64,000 nucleotides of DNA from Octopus sinensis (Eukaryota), in assembly GCF_006345805.1 (NCBI RefSeq), contig NC_043000.1:22630001-22694000 (forward strand), in the 5' to 3' direction. A program made the translations under genes and the position numbers. Each line of letters opens with the position of its first letter. The first letter of the stretch is position 1. Positions 37,670 to 51,149 of this stretch are shown here, piece by piece. The notes under the pieces were generated by a model that was given only the letters and a program-made list of their open reading frames with translations, did no database searches and was not told the DNA's origin.

Positions 37670-38300
37670 TATCATCATCATCATCATCATTATCATCATC
37701 ATCATCATATGTCTATTTTCTATGGTGGTATGGGTTAGATGGATTGACAGGAGCTGGCCAGCCAGAGAGCTGTACCAGGCTCCAGTTGTCTGTTTTGGCA
37801 TATGTTCAACAGCTGAAGGCCCTTCCTAATCCCAGCCACTTTACAGAGCGTACTGGGTGATTTTTACATGGCACTAGCGCCAGTGCTTTTCTACATGGTA
37901 CCAGCACAGGTACTTTTCTACATGGAACCAGCACAGGTACTTTCCTACATGGTACCAGCACAGGTGCTTTCCTACATGGTACCAGCACAGGTGCTTTTCT
38001 TCATGGTACCTACACAGGTGCTTTTCAGTATGGTACCAGCACGGGTGCTTTCCTACATGGTACCAGCACAGGTGCTTTTCTACATGGTACCAGCACAGGT
38101 GCTTTTCAGTATGGTACCAGCATGGGTGCTTTTCAACATGGTATCAGCATGAGTGCTTTCCGATATGGTACCAGCACAGGTGCACCATCACAGGTACTTT
38201 TTATGTTGCACCTGCATGGGAGCTCAATATACGGCACAGGCATAGGTGATTTTTACATGACACTGAAATGAGTATTTTTGCTTGGCAACAGCACCCATTT
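37670..38300 (-). mobile_element. RTE 3'UTR copy containing a 27-bp minisatellite (~12 copies, 37868-38185)
   Basis: The unit tggtaccagcacaggtgcttttctaca lies within a (CAT)n-tailed element. Confidence 0.75.
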
Positions 38301-38711
38301 CTTTTTTTTTTTAATCAGGCATGAGCAACCTTTTTCTGAGAAATGGGGCACATGAGACATCGCACATCATTTGGTGGACCACCCACACTACTAAAACATT
38401 TAAGATCATTTTCATTAAGTGTGCTATTTAGAAAGTCCTGTAGGTGACAGGTTGTTCAGGACTGATTTAGTCAAAAGTAAATTTGAAGAGCTTTTGACCT
38501 TTTTTCAAGGCTTTTGACCTTTTTTCAAGGCTTTTTAAACTGGTGTAAGCTAGTTGCCTTCATACTGGTGACCTGACCTGAAAGCTTATCATAAAGTGGA
38601 CTTTGGAGAAGGTACCTGAGGGTCTGCTAATGGTATTAAATCAGGTGAAGGATTAAGTCCACTACCTAAGAACAGGAGTAACTACACAGTTGATGGGCTT
38701 CTGCACAGTCT

Positions 38712-38937
38712 CTTATTTCTTCATTGCCCACAAGGGGCTAAACATAGAGGGGACAAACAAAGGGATTAAGTCGATTATATTGACTCCAGTGCGTAACTGG
38801 TAATTAATTTATCGACCCCGAAAGGATGAACGGCAGAGTCGACTTTGGCGGAACTTGAACTCAGAATGTAAAGACAGATGAAATGCCGCTAAGCATTTTG
38901 CCTGGCATGCTAACGATTCTCCCAGCTTGCTGCCTTG
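38712..38937 (-). mobile_element. SINE family B copy
   Basis: Reverse complement of the family B consensus. Confidence 0.75.
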
Positions 38938-40370
38938 GTTTCTACACTGTTTCTGCCTGTCAAATTTAAATAATATAGCCTTGGTTGACCTAAAGTCACA
39001 GTACAAATCACTTACACCGATTGCCCTGCAGTGGAATGGAACCTGAATCTATATGGATGCAAAGCAAACTTCTTAACCATGCAACTATAAGTTTTTTGGC
39101 TTTATTTTTTTTTTTTTTACTTTGTTTGTATTGTTCCTGATGTTATTGTTGTTGTTGAGCCTTGACCAGCTTAGCTCAGGTAGATGTCTGGCACATAGAG
39201 CAAACAACTGAACAACACACACATTTAACATAGTGCTGGCTCAGCTAAGCTTCAGTCAGAACTGTACTCATTATCATCATCATCGTCATTTAGCATCCCT
39301 TTTCCATGCTGGCATGGATTGGATGACTTGACAGGAGCATGGCAAGCGGAACAGCTGCACCAGGCTCCAATTGTCTGTTTTGACATGGTTTCTAAGACTG
39401 AATACCCTTTATGGAGCCACTTTATGGAGTATGCTTCTTACATAGTGCTGACATGGGTGCTTTTTTATGGGGTGCTGGCACAAGCAGGGCTGTGGAATTG
39501 AAACAAAAAACTTTGACTCTGACTCCTTTACTATTGGCACCTCTGACTCCGACTCCTCTTTATGTAATTAAGTGGTTGTGGTCTACATATCTCAAAGCAT
39601 ATGCATACACTTGTACTTTGTGTAGACCTATATGTTATAACTGGTTTATACTAACGAATAAAGGTATTGTGAGTCGGAATCAGAGTTGGTAAAACTATCC
39701 TGACTCTGACTCTAACTACCCCTTTATTGTTTCCGACTCCAACTCTGACTCCACAGCCCTGGGCACAAGTGCTTTTTGCATGGGGCTGGCATGGGTGTTA
39801 TTTGACATGATACCGGCACAGGTGCCTTTTGTGTGGTGCTGGTATGGGTGCATAAAAATGCACCCGTACCAGCACATCTGAGCTTTTTATGTAGCAAAAG
39901 TACAGATGTGGAATTGCATAATTCTTGATCCTCTGTTTGGTTGTTATTTAGCCACAGGTCAAGCCTAATGAAGCAAAATCGTGATTATAAGCCTTTTAGT
40001 TCTGACACCCCGTTTTTTAGAGGCATCTTAGGAATAAATTATCCAGTTTGTCTTCCTTTTTTCTAAGACAGGGCAATTCTTTTTTTCTGAGATGAGGGGA
40101 TTTAGTTGCTATTTCTAGCAATTTGAACAACACTGTTGTCTGAGATTCAGTGTCATGGCTCTTGCGTGTTCCATACATCTTCTCTAAATATTGTTTAAGC
40201 CATTTTGTTGTTGTTGCCGTTGTTGTTATTGATTGTCTCACAGTAAGATTAGTGGCATGAAATAAATGCTCTCATTGGCTTTACCCCCTTTTGGATGGGA
40301 TCTTATGTAGTTTAAAAATGTCAAGAACCCTTTGAAATACTCCAGCATATATTATCTATTTCTGTTATAG

Positions 40371-40415
40371 GTGAATATGGCTCTCTACTCAGCTATGAGC
40401 CCTTGTGCATTATCA
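40371..40415 (+). CDS. Candidate 45-nt symmetric cassette exon (GEYGSLLSYEPLCII)
   Basis: tatctatttctgttatag| acceptor and ATCA|GTAAGT donor. It is phase 1-1 and open in the frame needed between the exons at 25696 and 54446. Confidence 0.3.
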
Positions 40416-41289
40416 GTAAGTACCAACTGTCTTTGAGTCGTGTAAATAGTCACGTTGCTTTATTCTCTGGCAAAGAAAGCATTTTTAATTTATTGTAAAT
40501 TTTTGCCGTTGTTGTTGTTGTTGTGGTTGGTATTGCTGTTGTTATTGTTGGATGTTTGAGTTGTGCTTCTTTTCTTTAAAATATCTCATAGGTGTTGTTT
40601 TATTTCTTCATTCTGGCATGGTGCTGCTAAAGTAACTATTAACCATCTTGTGTTGTTCCTAATTTTTCTGTCGTTATTTTTTTTTTTTGCCGAATATATC
40701 TTGCTTTCTGTATTTTTATTTGTTGTTGATTGGCTTCTGCCCCCCCCTTTTTTTTTTTAAATTTAGTTTTGTCTGAGCATTAATATCTTTTTCACAAGAA
40801 CCAGACTGACCACTTTGTTCTCTGAAGTGCTTACTTCAATTTTTGGCAGACCTGTGCCAATAAGATTTTCTTGTCAGCATAAATCCTATTAGTGCGAAGG
40901 CCTCATTTTAGAGAGAAAACTTTATTATCATATCACATTATCCTCCTCCTCCTCATCATCATCACTGTAGTGGAGTTATTGATGCAGTAACCATCTTAGA
41001 GTTGTTCTGATTCCATTTGTTTTTTTAACACACACACATACACACACACCTGTTGTATTCTGTTTCCTTGTTCCTTCGAAAGCCCTTAATAGATGCTCAT
41101 ATTTTTCTGGATCTTAATTATACTTTAGCTGACTTGTATTTTTCATCATTCTGAAGGTGATAAAATCAGTACCAGTAATATAAGAAGCACCGAGTCCACC
41201 GGCTATAGACTCCATACTGGCCACAGAAAGAGCAATGTATCTTGTAAACAAAAAAAAAAGAAAGTTCATTGTTATCGTAAATATTATTG

Positions 41290-41560
41290 GTTTTGTTGAT
41301 ATTATTATTGTCATCATCATCATCATCATCATTACCACCATCATCATCATTGACGTCATCATCATTATCATCACCATCATCATTGTCATCATCAGCAGCA
41401 TTGTCATCATCATCATTGTCATGGTTGCCATCATCATCATCCCCATCATCACTACCACCATCGTCATCACCATAAACATTATCTCCATAACCATCATTAT
41501 CATTATTAACACCATCATCATCATCATCATCACAGCTGCCACCACCACCACCACCACCAC
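41290..41560. repeat. Degenerate (CAT)n/(CAC)n trinucleotide tract
   Basis: Direct reading. It explains the poly-M/D/I ORFs in the track. Confidence 0.9.
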
Positions 41561-41795
41561 CTATTTCTTTACTACCCACAAGGGGCTAAACACAGAGGGG
41601 ACAAATAAGGACACACAAAGGGATTAAGTCGATTATATCGACCCCAGTGCATAACTGGTACTTAATTTATTGACCTCCGAAAGGATGAAAGGCAAAGTCG
41701 ACCTTGGTGGAATTTGAACTCAGAATGTAATGGCAGACGAAATACCGCTAAGTATTTCACCCGGCGTGCTAACGTTTCTGCCAGCTCACCGCCGT
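41561..41795 (-). mobile_element. SINE family B copy
   Basis: Reverse complement of the family B consensus. Confidence 0.8.
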
Positions 41796-42533
41796 AATGT
41801 TTCTGCCACCACCACCACCACCATCATAATCATCATCAATGTTGTCATCGTTGCCACCATCATCATTGTCGTCATTTTTAATTGCCAATAAACATTCTTT
41901 GAACAGAGCTGATATTTCCTGCTTTGCTCAGTTTATTTCATATTCAGATATTTAATGTTTCCATGATACTTGATACTGGAAATTATATTGTCGAAATGAT
42001 TTAAATGGTTCAATTACTTGATGGTTCTCTTTCAATCAACAGTATTGTTGGTTTATTAGTTTCAAACAGGCCAACTCACTGGTTCATTGCATTTCCAACA
42101 GAATGACAAAGGAGTGTGTGTAACTCAGTACAGAGCAAGTATTGTATGGAACTTTGCTTAAAGGGCTCTGCTTTAGTGCTGCATCACTGATATTTACATG
42201 TACAAGCACACACACACATGTGTGTGTGTGTGTGAGAGTGTGTGTACCTGTATATATAAAGCTAAAGAAGAGTGTGCCAAATATCATTCCAGATAAATTC
42301 TTAACATATTGAATTTATCTTTGCTTTGAGAGAAGGTAAACAAACACCTAGCAGCAAGTGTGACTGACTCCGAATGAGAAGCAGAGATAATCTCAAGGAA
42401 TAAGTAATTCTCCAGAATGACGATGCCATTAAGAAAGAGACAGAGTCTGTTTTACAGTTCTATATTTAAGAGATGAGGAATTATGTACATTATTTACATT
42501 TTACAGATATTTGTCCTCATCTTGTTTGTCGTT

Positions 42534-42579
42534 AACACACCGTTTCGGCTGATATATCCTCCAGATTTCATCAGGTGTC
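42534..42579 (-). ncRNA. Minimal type I hammerhead motif, second arm (core U16.1>G)
   Basis: gacac-CTGATGA-a-atctg-loop-cagcc-GAAAC-GG-T-gtgtt. Stem I is intact; the core and stem II are damaged. Confidence 0.5.
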
Positions 42580-42891
42580 TTGGGGAAATTTCGAACCTTG
42601 GTTCTCATTCTTAGGGTATTTTTCAATGTTGTTGTTATTATTATCATCATTATTGTTCAGGTCACTGCTTGGAATCCAACTCGAAATCTAGGGGTTAGTA
42701 GTCCGCGCTCTTAACCACTGCACTACGGGCATGTGGTGTAGTGGTTAAGAGCGTGGGCTACTAACCCCTAGATTCCGAGTTCGATTCCAAGCAGTGACCT
42801 GAACAACAACAACAACAACAACAACAATAATAATAATAACAACATTGAAATATACCTTAGGAATGAGAATCCAGGTTCGAAATTTCCCCAA

Positions 42892-42937
42892 GACACCTGA
42901 TGAAGGCTGGAGGGTATATCAGCTGAAACGTTGCATT
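42892..42937 (+). ncRNA. Minimal type I hammerhead ribozyme motif (partly degenerate)
   Basis: gacac-CTGATGA-a-ggctg-loop-cagct-GAAAC-GT-T-gcatt. The core is intact, helix III is the palindrome ACGT, and stem I is mismatched. Confidence 0.6.
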
Positions 42938-43096
42938 TACAACAAACAAGATGAGGACAAATATCTGTCAAATGTAAATAATGTAGAGTCTGTTTTACTT
43001 CTTCTTTTCCTGGAGACAAAAGGATAGCAGTGAATACTTGTTTCTCCTTCAATAAACTCTCTCTCTCTCTCTTTCCCACACACACATGCATACATG

Positions 43097-43128
<32 letters not shown>

Positions 43129-45081
43129 ATTATTATTTATATTCTGCACTTTTACTGCACTGGTGAGTGTAGGCTTGTGTGCTTTGTGTCATGTGCAGTG
43201 TTTTGTTGTTGTTGTTTTTTTTTTCCTTCTATTATATTAAAAGTACTCTATGTAGTAATAAATATGTATGCAACTGCCTTGTACTGCTATGTTCCCTGTG
43301 TTGTTTGTATCAATCCTGAGATTTTGGTTATCTGTTTGTCTGCATCTTTTTTATAATCATTCCTGAGGCAATGTTATTTTGGTGAATGATACCGCATTAT
43401 GATTATTTCCATTTCCAGATTTGTATACTTAGATGTGTTTTTTTTTTTTTTCATCTTCTATTGAAGGTCCTCCACATTGATCAGGAAAACTGCCTTCTTT
43501 TGCAAAAACAATATCCATTGATGTTTAAGCATATCTCAAAGTATGATCACTTGATCATTCTCTGAGACCTTCCTAGTGTATGTTTACACTCTTTGCTAAT
43601 GGTATTTGGCAATACTAACATAATTTTCAGTAGATGAAAGCTCTAACGTGTGTGTGTGTGTGCGTGCGTGTGTACTTTTGTGAAAGTGCATGGTCGAGTG
43701 GTTAAGATGTTAAGCTTAGAATTTGTAAGGTTGAGAGTGTGGTTTCTGGACTGGGTGGTGCATTGAATCCTTGAGCAAGGTACTTCTTTTCACGTTGATT
43801 CAGACCATTCATCTGAAACTGTGTACCAACTCCGTGTTGTTGCAGCCCTCTCCCTCCATCTCTCTCTGTCTCTGTCTCCCTTTGTCTCTCCCCCCCTCTC
43901 TCTCATATCCTTGATGTTCCACTGAGACTAAGGTGGAAAGTCTGTGAGGGTGTCTATATCAGCTCACGATTTCATAGGCATCTAAAACAACCAACAAAAG
44001 CACAATGTTTGTTACCAAGTCAAACTCACTTTAGAATAACAGTCATTCTTCTTGCTTTTGTTGCCAAGACTGGCTGGTTACAAACAATGTGATTGATTTT
44101 CTTCACAAACTCCTCATTACTTTTGAATTCCATCTTCATTATATACTTTTAGTAGTTTCTGGCAGAAAGGTTTCAATCTCAGCTTTGAGTCCTGCGATTT
44201 TCAATCATTGATGAGATTTTTATTGATCTAGTTTTCTTTACTTCTTTCTCCTCTATCATTAGCCATGAACAAATTTTTCGGTATTGACCATTTGGGGCAT
44301 CAGAGAATTACATCAGATCGACAGAAGGCTCTTGGCCTTGTTTTAGTATTCCATAGCTCCTTTTCCTCTGGCCCCTTTTCAGTTTAGTTTTTAACAGTTT
44401 CTATAATTCATCACGTGAGTTTCTACTCATGTGAGGGTGAGTTTCTACTCCATTCTCTACCATTATGTGTATCTCTGTGTTCCTGAGGTCTGTTGCCACA
44501 TTGTCTTTGAGGATGTAGAGTCGTATCCATGCTATAACTGTTCTGTTTTGTCATAAGATATTTTTGTTGCTTGTGGTGTTGTTTTTTAATATTTTGTCTG
44601 TTGTGTAGAATATGTGTGATGTGAGTTGTGCTATTTTGTTTGATGTCTCCTATATACTCTGTGATTAGTGCATTGTATTTTAGTGCTGGACAGAGATTGT
44701 TTATATTCTGTTCTGTCTGGTTTGTGCTATATTAATGCTTGGGAATTGTGTAGAACATAAATATATTGATCGATACCAGGCTGACTTTGATTACCAAAGA
44801 TAATTGTGCTGGATTTTTGTTAGGGATCTGTTAAGAAAGTTAAGAAATAGGACCAATGAATAAAAAAATTAAACTGGCTACAGCTCTCTCATTTACAAGT
44901 TCCACTCAAACCGTCCAACCCATGCCAGCATGGAAACCAGATGTTGAAAGATGATGATAATGATGATAAAAAAAAAGGGATCAGAGGCCCTCTCTGGGCA
45001 ATAGACTCATAAGGCTAGTATCCCAGATTCTGTGGCATACAATTGCCTCCTGAACAGGACAGTCTAGTTGTTGCAGATATA

Positions 45082-45114
<33 letters not shown>

Positions 45115-45175
45115 ATTATATATATATATATATAGATATATATATATATATATTATATCATATATATATATATAT

Positions 45176-45296
45176 TTATTTATAGAAGGAGCTTCTACAG
45201 GACGTGTACTGTCATTCAAGAGAATCTCAGGAAGCTTCCTGAGATTTCTCTTGAATGAAACATACATCCTGTAGAAGCTCCTTCTATATAATAAAT
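45176..45296. repeat. Palindromic element within (TA)n
   Basis: tagaaggagcttctacagga...ctcaggaagcttcctgag...tcctgtagaagctccttcta. Confidence 0.85.
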
Positions 45297-45650
45297 TATT
45301 TTACTCTGCTATGTATTAGACCTTACTACTTTGTGTTAACCCCGATCAACCCGGGATACATATATATATATATATATAGCAATAATAATTCTCTAAATGA
45401 GTTATAGACGTGACTGCTCCGTAATATAAGGGATATTAGCCAACCGAATATGGCTAGGGACAGGCAGGGTGGTGGGGTGTCACTGTTGCATTTAGCCCCA
45501 GGCGAACATCAACGTCACCAGATAGGCCTGACGTCATCACGACGTCCTTTATCTTGCAAAGGGAGATCACCCACCAAGAAGCCGATACCACACACGGACC
45601 TAGGTTTCAAGGTGTGTTGCCTATTATCAACGTGTGGTAGGCATCGCTTC

Positions 45651-45705
<55 letters not shown>

Positions 45706-46211
45706 TATATGGTATAGTATGTATTTTTCATGTAGAAAAGTAAATGTATGTATATTTATGGTAGTGCAAGATGTGACAATTTCTATTAGATAAAACTTGT
45801 AACCATTTTAGCTTATTTTATAATTCTATAACAAATAATCACTAACGTCAATGTCTGTTTATTAAAATAGTCACTTCATCATTCAGTGATGACATTTAAG
45901 TTGACAATGATGGAGTCGATGTCTGTCTTGATGAAATTAAGATAGGTGACAACATAATTGAAACTAAAGATAACGAAATTGAGTTTGACAACAAATTTGA
46001 GGTTGACATATTATTATTATTATTATCATGTTTATCATACTAGTTATTACAATAGCATCAGATACTCCTCCATGTTCCTGGGGTGTTTACAACAATATCT
46101 GATTGTGTGCTACCACTGTTTTTACTTCATTCTTTCTAATGTTACTTCTGTTCATTGTGTGAAGTCTGTGCAATGGGAGTCGTGTTACAATAACAGGTGT
46201 TGATCATATTA

Positions 46212-46442
46212 AGGCGGCGAGCTGGCCGAAACATTAGCACGCCAGGCAAATGTGTAGCTATATTACGTCTGCCATTACGTTTTGAGTTCAAATTCCACCG
46301 AGGTCGACTTTGCCTTTCATCCTTTCAGGGTCGATAAATTAAGTACCAGTTACACACTGGGGTCGATATAATTGACTTAATCAGTCTGTCTGTCCTTGTT
46401 TGTCCTCTCTGTGTTTTGTCCCTTGTGGGTAGTAAAGAAATA
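46212..46442 (+). mobile_element. tRNA-derived SINE (family B); central domain resembles the Meta/MESC type
   Basis: Head gcgagctggc...gagttcaaattcc and core gcctttcatcctttcagggtcgataaattaagtaccag. About 11 copies in the window. The superfamily name is from recall and is not verified. Confidence 0.8.
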
Positions 46443-46502
46443 GGTGTTGATCATGTAAAAGCATTATTTTGTCTTATTTTACTGGTTGGTGATCCTGTAG
46501 AG

Positions 46503-46794
46503 CAGTGCTTCTCAAACTAACTCATGTGGCATACCGGCAGGTTTTTTTTTTTTTCCAATGTGCCAGGAACCAGTCATATTTCTTAGTAATATTAATTTAT
46601 ACCAGAAACAATATATATAATGAATATAATAGAAGTTGACAATTTTAAATCTTATATTTATTTTTAAGCAAATAATAAAATATTACATAAGTATTTTATA
46701 ATGTTTCTTTCTTTTCTGGAAACTTGCTGTATACTGGCAGCTGATGGCTTGCAGACTGGTGCCGGTCTGCGAACCACCACTTTGAGTAGTGCTG
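46503..46794. mobile_element. hAT (Charlie-like) MITE
   Basis: TIRs CAGTGCTTCTCAAA / TTTGAGTAGTGCTG. Perfect 8-bp TSD CTGTAGAG at 46495-46502 and 46795-46802. Confidence 0.85.
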
Positions 46795-46890
46795 CTGTAG
46801 AGTACATGCTGTGTGAATTGAGCATCAAATGTTTGGTATGAGTTATCTTGTGTAAAGTGTGAGCTATCTTGTGTAAAGAGGCTACTTTAT

Positions 46891-47375
46891 TTAATCCTTT
46901 TGTTACCGTATTTCTGTTGAGATGCTCTGTGTTTCTTTCAATTAATTTTAAATATAACAAAGAATTTAGTAAAATAACTTAGTTACCATTCAGCTAGTGT
47001 TAGGAACATAAATTGTGACTAAAGGTTTGGTGGAAGATTTTAATTCAAAACTTATGAAAACAAGACATTTGTACTACAGAGCCAGAGCTGGTTTCAGCCG
47101 GGTTGGTAACGAAAGATTTAAGAATTGTTTCTCTATTATATATCTTAACCCTTTTTTTACCATATTTCTGTTGAGATAATCTGTGTTTCTTTCAATTTAT
47201 TTTAGATATAAAAAAAGAATTTAGTAAAATAACTTAGTTATCAAATCAGCTAGTGTTTGGAACATAAATTGTGACTAAGGTTTGGTGGGAGATTTTAATT
47301 CAAAACTTATGAAAACAAGATATTTTTACTCAGCACCAGAGCTGGTTTCAGCCGGATTGGTAACGAAAGGGTTAA
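46891..47375 (-). mobile_element. Second copy of the dimeric TTAA MITE
   Basis: Reverse complement of 3006-3491, including the spacer at 47122-47144. Confidence 0.8.
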
Positions 47376-47695
47376 GATGACAGTAGTCTTGTGTAAGATG
47401 TGAACTGCACCTAAGCAGATTTTCTTTGTTTACTGTATGTAGAGTTGTGTGCCCTGTTATTGTTTTTATGTTTTTGTTTATATTCCTCTTTATCATACCT
47501 GATGTTAAAATATTTTTTGTTACTGTTTTAACCTTTTATACATGTTTATTTCAGTTTCTAGATCTTTGTACTTTGATGGTTCCTTGACCTTTTAGACACT
47601 GTTTTGGTCAGATGGGATTGAGATGTCTATCAAATTACTAGAATTTTATGTCTGTCTTTTATATTATTTTTACCATCATTATCATCATAATCATC

Positions 47696-47730
<35 letters not shown>

Positions 47731-50303
47731 CCTTTTTTTTTTTTGTGAAAATTCTTTCTTTCAAACACTCATATGTCAAAATCGATGGGAGTGACCATCA
47801 TCATTATTAGACATCCTTGGGCAAATAAACCATCATCATCATCATCAACATTATTTTTGTTATTTACATTGCAAATGCTGCATGTGTATGTGGTTAGTTC
47901 CTTGTGACATCTTAGCAGTAGAAGCTTATCCATGAAGAGTCGAGAAAAAATAATGGAGACTTTCCCAATCTGAACAGAATTGATGTCCTTCATTACTGGG
48001 CAATGGTCTGTTAGCCTGACCACTGAAACATTAAGGCTCTATCAAATCTTAATTCTTGACAAAAACTTGCCTAGATGGTTTAGTCTTAATTACATATATG
48101 AGACACAGTGACTTGTAAAGTTGAAAAAACAGACTACTGTGTCATTGGATTTGAGTTCAGTTTTTACTGCCGTCACTGTCTTGTGGCTCTGGGTCACTTC
48201 ATATCTTGTTTGCTTGTCTTTATCCACCAGGCTGATAACAAGCTCTTCCAGTTCCTGTTTGCAGTTGAGGAATTGGAGCTTGTTATCAGTGATAGAAAGG
48301 ACATTCAAATGTAAATTAAATAGCTTCAACAGCATTCAAATGTGAAAATTTGCATGAAAAAGCTATTCTCCTCATTATAAAATGAACAAACGGATGAAAA
48401 AGCATTTATATTTATGACTTCTGATCCAATGAGAATGTCACTATGCAATCACTCAGAATGTTAGAAATAACAACTAAATTTCCCTTGAATCACATCCTGT
48501 CATTTAAAAATAGGAATGGCATATAAAATGATGTAATCCTGGATACATTGTGTCTGGGTAGAAAAAAAATGGGTAGAATGGTTTCAGGTAAGGTTATCTT
48601 TCATTATGTCCACTCAATCATGGCAGAATAGACCTGGTGTTTTAACTGCTGCTACTGCCATTGCTGCTACAGTCACTGCTATTGCTGCTGCTGCTGCTGC
48701 TTACAGTCATAGTTACCCATTTTTAGGGAGGTGTTCACTTCTTCTTGAGGAACTACATCAAATATTGGTTTCAGATTTTGGCCCAAGGGCAGCAATTTCA
48801 GGGTAGGGGATAAGTCAATTACATTGCCCCCACCCCAGTGCTCAACTGGTACTTATTGTATTGACCCCAAAAGGATGGAAGGCAAAATTGACTTCAGTGG
48901 AATTTGAACTCAGAACATAAAGACGGACGAATTGCCTCTAAGCATTTTGTTTGGCGTGCTAACCATTCTGCCAGTTTACCACTTTAAAGTACATCAAATA
49001 TTAAATTGTTGACTACCATACTGATGCAAGCTGTTCATTTCACCATTTTTGGGGATACTTCCTTTTCTAATTGAGGCACTTTTATTTGTAGCCATGTGTG
49101 TTGTGTGATATTTTGAAATGATGTCCTTTTCTGAGGAAAGTGCTGTCTTATCTTACTGCTTTAGACCATAGAGAAATGTCATCATCATTATCATTGCCAC
49201 CACCAACAACAGCATCATTATCATTCCTATCACTACAATGTGGGTATATGAGCACATCAGAAGAGTTCCATCATCATCATCACTGACATCAATATCATCA
49301 TCATGAGTCAGAAATCTGGTTTTGCTGGGTTTGAAGAGTGGCATTAATAAATTAGAAGCATGGCTATGGAATTTGGGGTATGGCTTCTTGAGCAGTAGGC
49401 CTGGTAACTGAGTTCAAAATCTTGGCATGTTGAGCGCCAAGCATGGCTAACACAAAGTAACAGGAAAAACTCACTGATTAAGGTGCCTCAACCAAATTCA
49501 AGAAATAGTTTAAAGTAGGGGGACAAAAGTTGTGAATTCACAAGCTTGCGTTTGGCATTGTGTTTTTAGATCTGGCTTATTGCTCTATTTAATAAAATCA
49601 ATGTTGTCAAACTTAGTATTTGAGTAATTAACAACTAGCTTAAAACATTTTGCTCACTGAGTCTGTATAATGATGGGTATTTTGCTTTTCCCCTGATGCA
49701 GTTGGGATCTGGTCGTTCCTTCTACAAAGTGACATCTTAGTCTTGATTGTAATCTTCTTTAGAATGTTTGGCATAAGCTCTACTCATTCAGACTTCTTTG
49801 CAGCTTCTGGTTAAATTCTTTTATTTTTAACCATTTTTATACCAGCATTCTCAAGATAACACCTGGTTCTTTGATACAAACTTCCTCTTTTAAAATGATC
49901 TGAATAAAAAACTTCCATGAAAATCATGATTAAATTTATGTTTCAAACATCAATTTATCAATGACAAAAATTATTTTACAAAATGCTTCATTATTTTCAA
50001 AATTAATTGCAGTAAAAGCAGTGTATGTCAGTAGAAAATCATTAAAAAAGTCGTTTATGCACACAAAAAAAAAAAAAATTTCACGGGTGTCTAATTTTGA
50101 GTACCGTTGGAATGGGGGCATGAGATGAAGGGCTAATTATGTGAAACCCTAATGGACATTCATCATATCATAACCATCATGTTTATATCAATTTTCTGTG
50201 TTTGCATGGCTTGTAAAAATGTGTAGTACATCAATCAGTTGCTCTTCAGTTTATTGCCGAAGGCCCAGCTGCCTGAACAGTCTCCATCTTTGATCTTCCT
50301 CTC

Positions 50304-50537
50304 TTATTTCTTTACTGCCCACAAGGGGCTACACACAGAGGGGACAAACAAGGACAGACATGGATTAAGTCGATTATATCGACCCCCAGTGTGTAACTGG
50401 TACTTATTTAATCAACCCCGAAAGGATGAAAGGCAAAGTCGACCTCAGTGGAATTTGAACTCAGAATGTAGCGGCTGACAAAATACCTCTAAGCATTTTG
50501 CCTGGCATGCTAATGTTTCTGCCAGCTTGCCGCCTTC
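50304..50537 (-). mobile_element. SINE family B copy
   Basis: Reverse complement of the family B consensus. Confidence 0.75.
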
Positions 50538-51149
50538 CTCTCTATTACCTGTATCCTCCTCTGTCTGTATATGGTTCTTTTTCGCACTAAAGGTGTCGTC
50601 ATCCATTTACATCCTATCTCCATACCAATGCCCTTGCCTCTTGTAGATGCACCAGCTGATGTCATTAATGCCTCATCACTCAGCTAACTTGCATTTCTCC
50701 TTTTATGAATGTTGCTGTTGGACATTCAATGCATAACACATTTTTTTTTCGACTTCAATTGATGTTCTTCATTCAAATTCCATGCCTCACAGCCATACCC
50801 CATATCAGTATTCACACTCCCTTCATTGCCAACCTGACCTTACTTATTCCAGCTCCCTCCTACACTGTCTTTAAATGTTATTTAGCCTAGTTACTTACAT
50901 ATTAATTTTCAGATTGTCTACAAGGTCTCATTATTGTTTTTACCTTAACATCCACTTTTCCTAACTCACATCAGTTGGATGGAGTTTATTAATGTATATT
51001 TTCCTGTCACCAATCCTCACTTATCTCCCAGCTGGATATGTTTCCATGGACAATTGGAAATATGTGACACTACTGGCATGTCAGTGACACTCATTTACAA
51101 CTATCCTGTGATGTCAAAATGCGACACCTTGTCTCTCACATGCACAACA

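Larger units (their letters stand above)
42456..42984. mobile_element. Palindromic non-autonomous retroelement: two head-to-head arms, each tRNA-like head + (AAY)n + hammerhead motif, with a 14-bp TSD
   Basis: Arms 42456-42722 (-) and ~42728-42984 (+) are reverse complements. Each has an A box (TGGTGTAGTGG in the right arm) and a B box (GAGTTCGATTCC). AGAGTCTGTTTTAC occurs at both 42442-42455 and 42985-42998. Confidence 0.85.

Noticed and set aside
41114-41627. Poly-Met, poly-Asp and poly-Ile ORFs
   Set aside because: Translations of a (CAT)n tract.
44050-44900. Possible degraded LINE endonuclease on the minus strand
   Set aside because: Only a weak IGD-like hint; no motif series could be recovered by eye.
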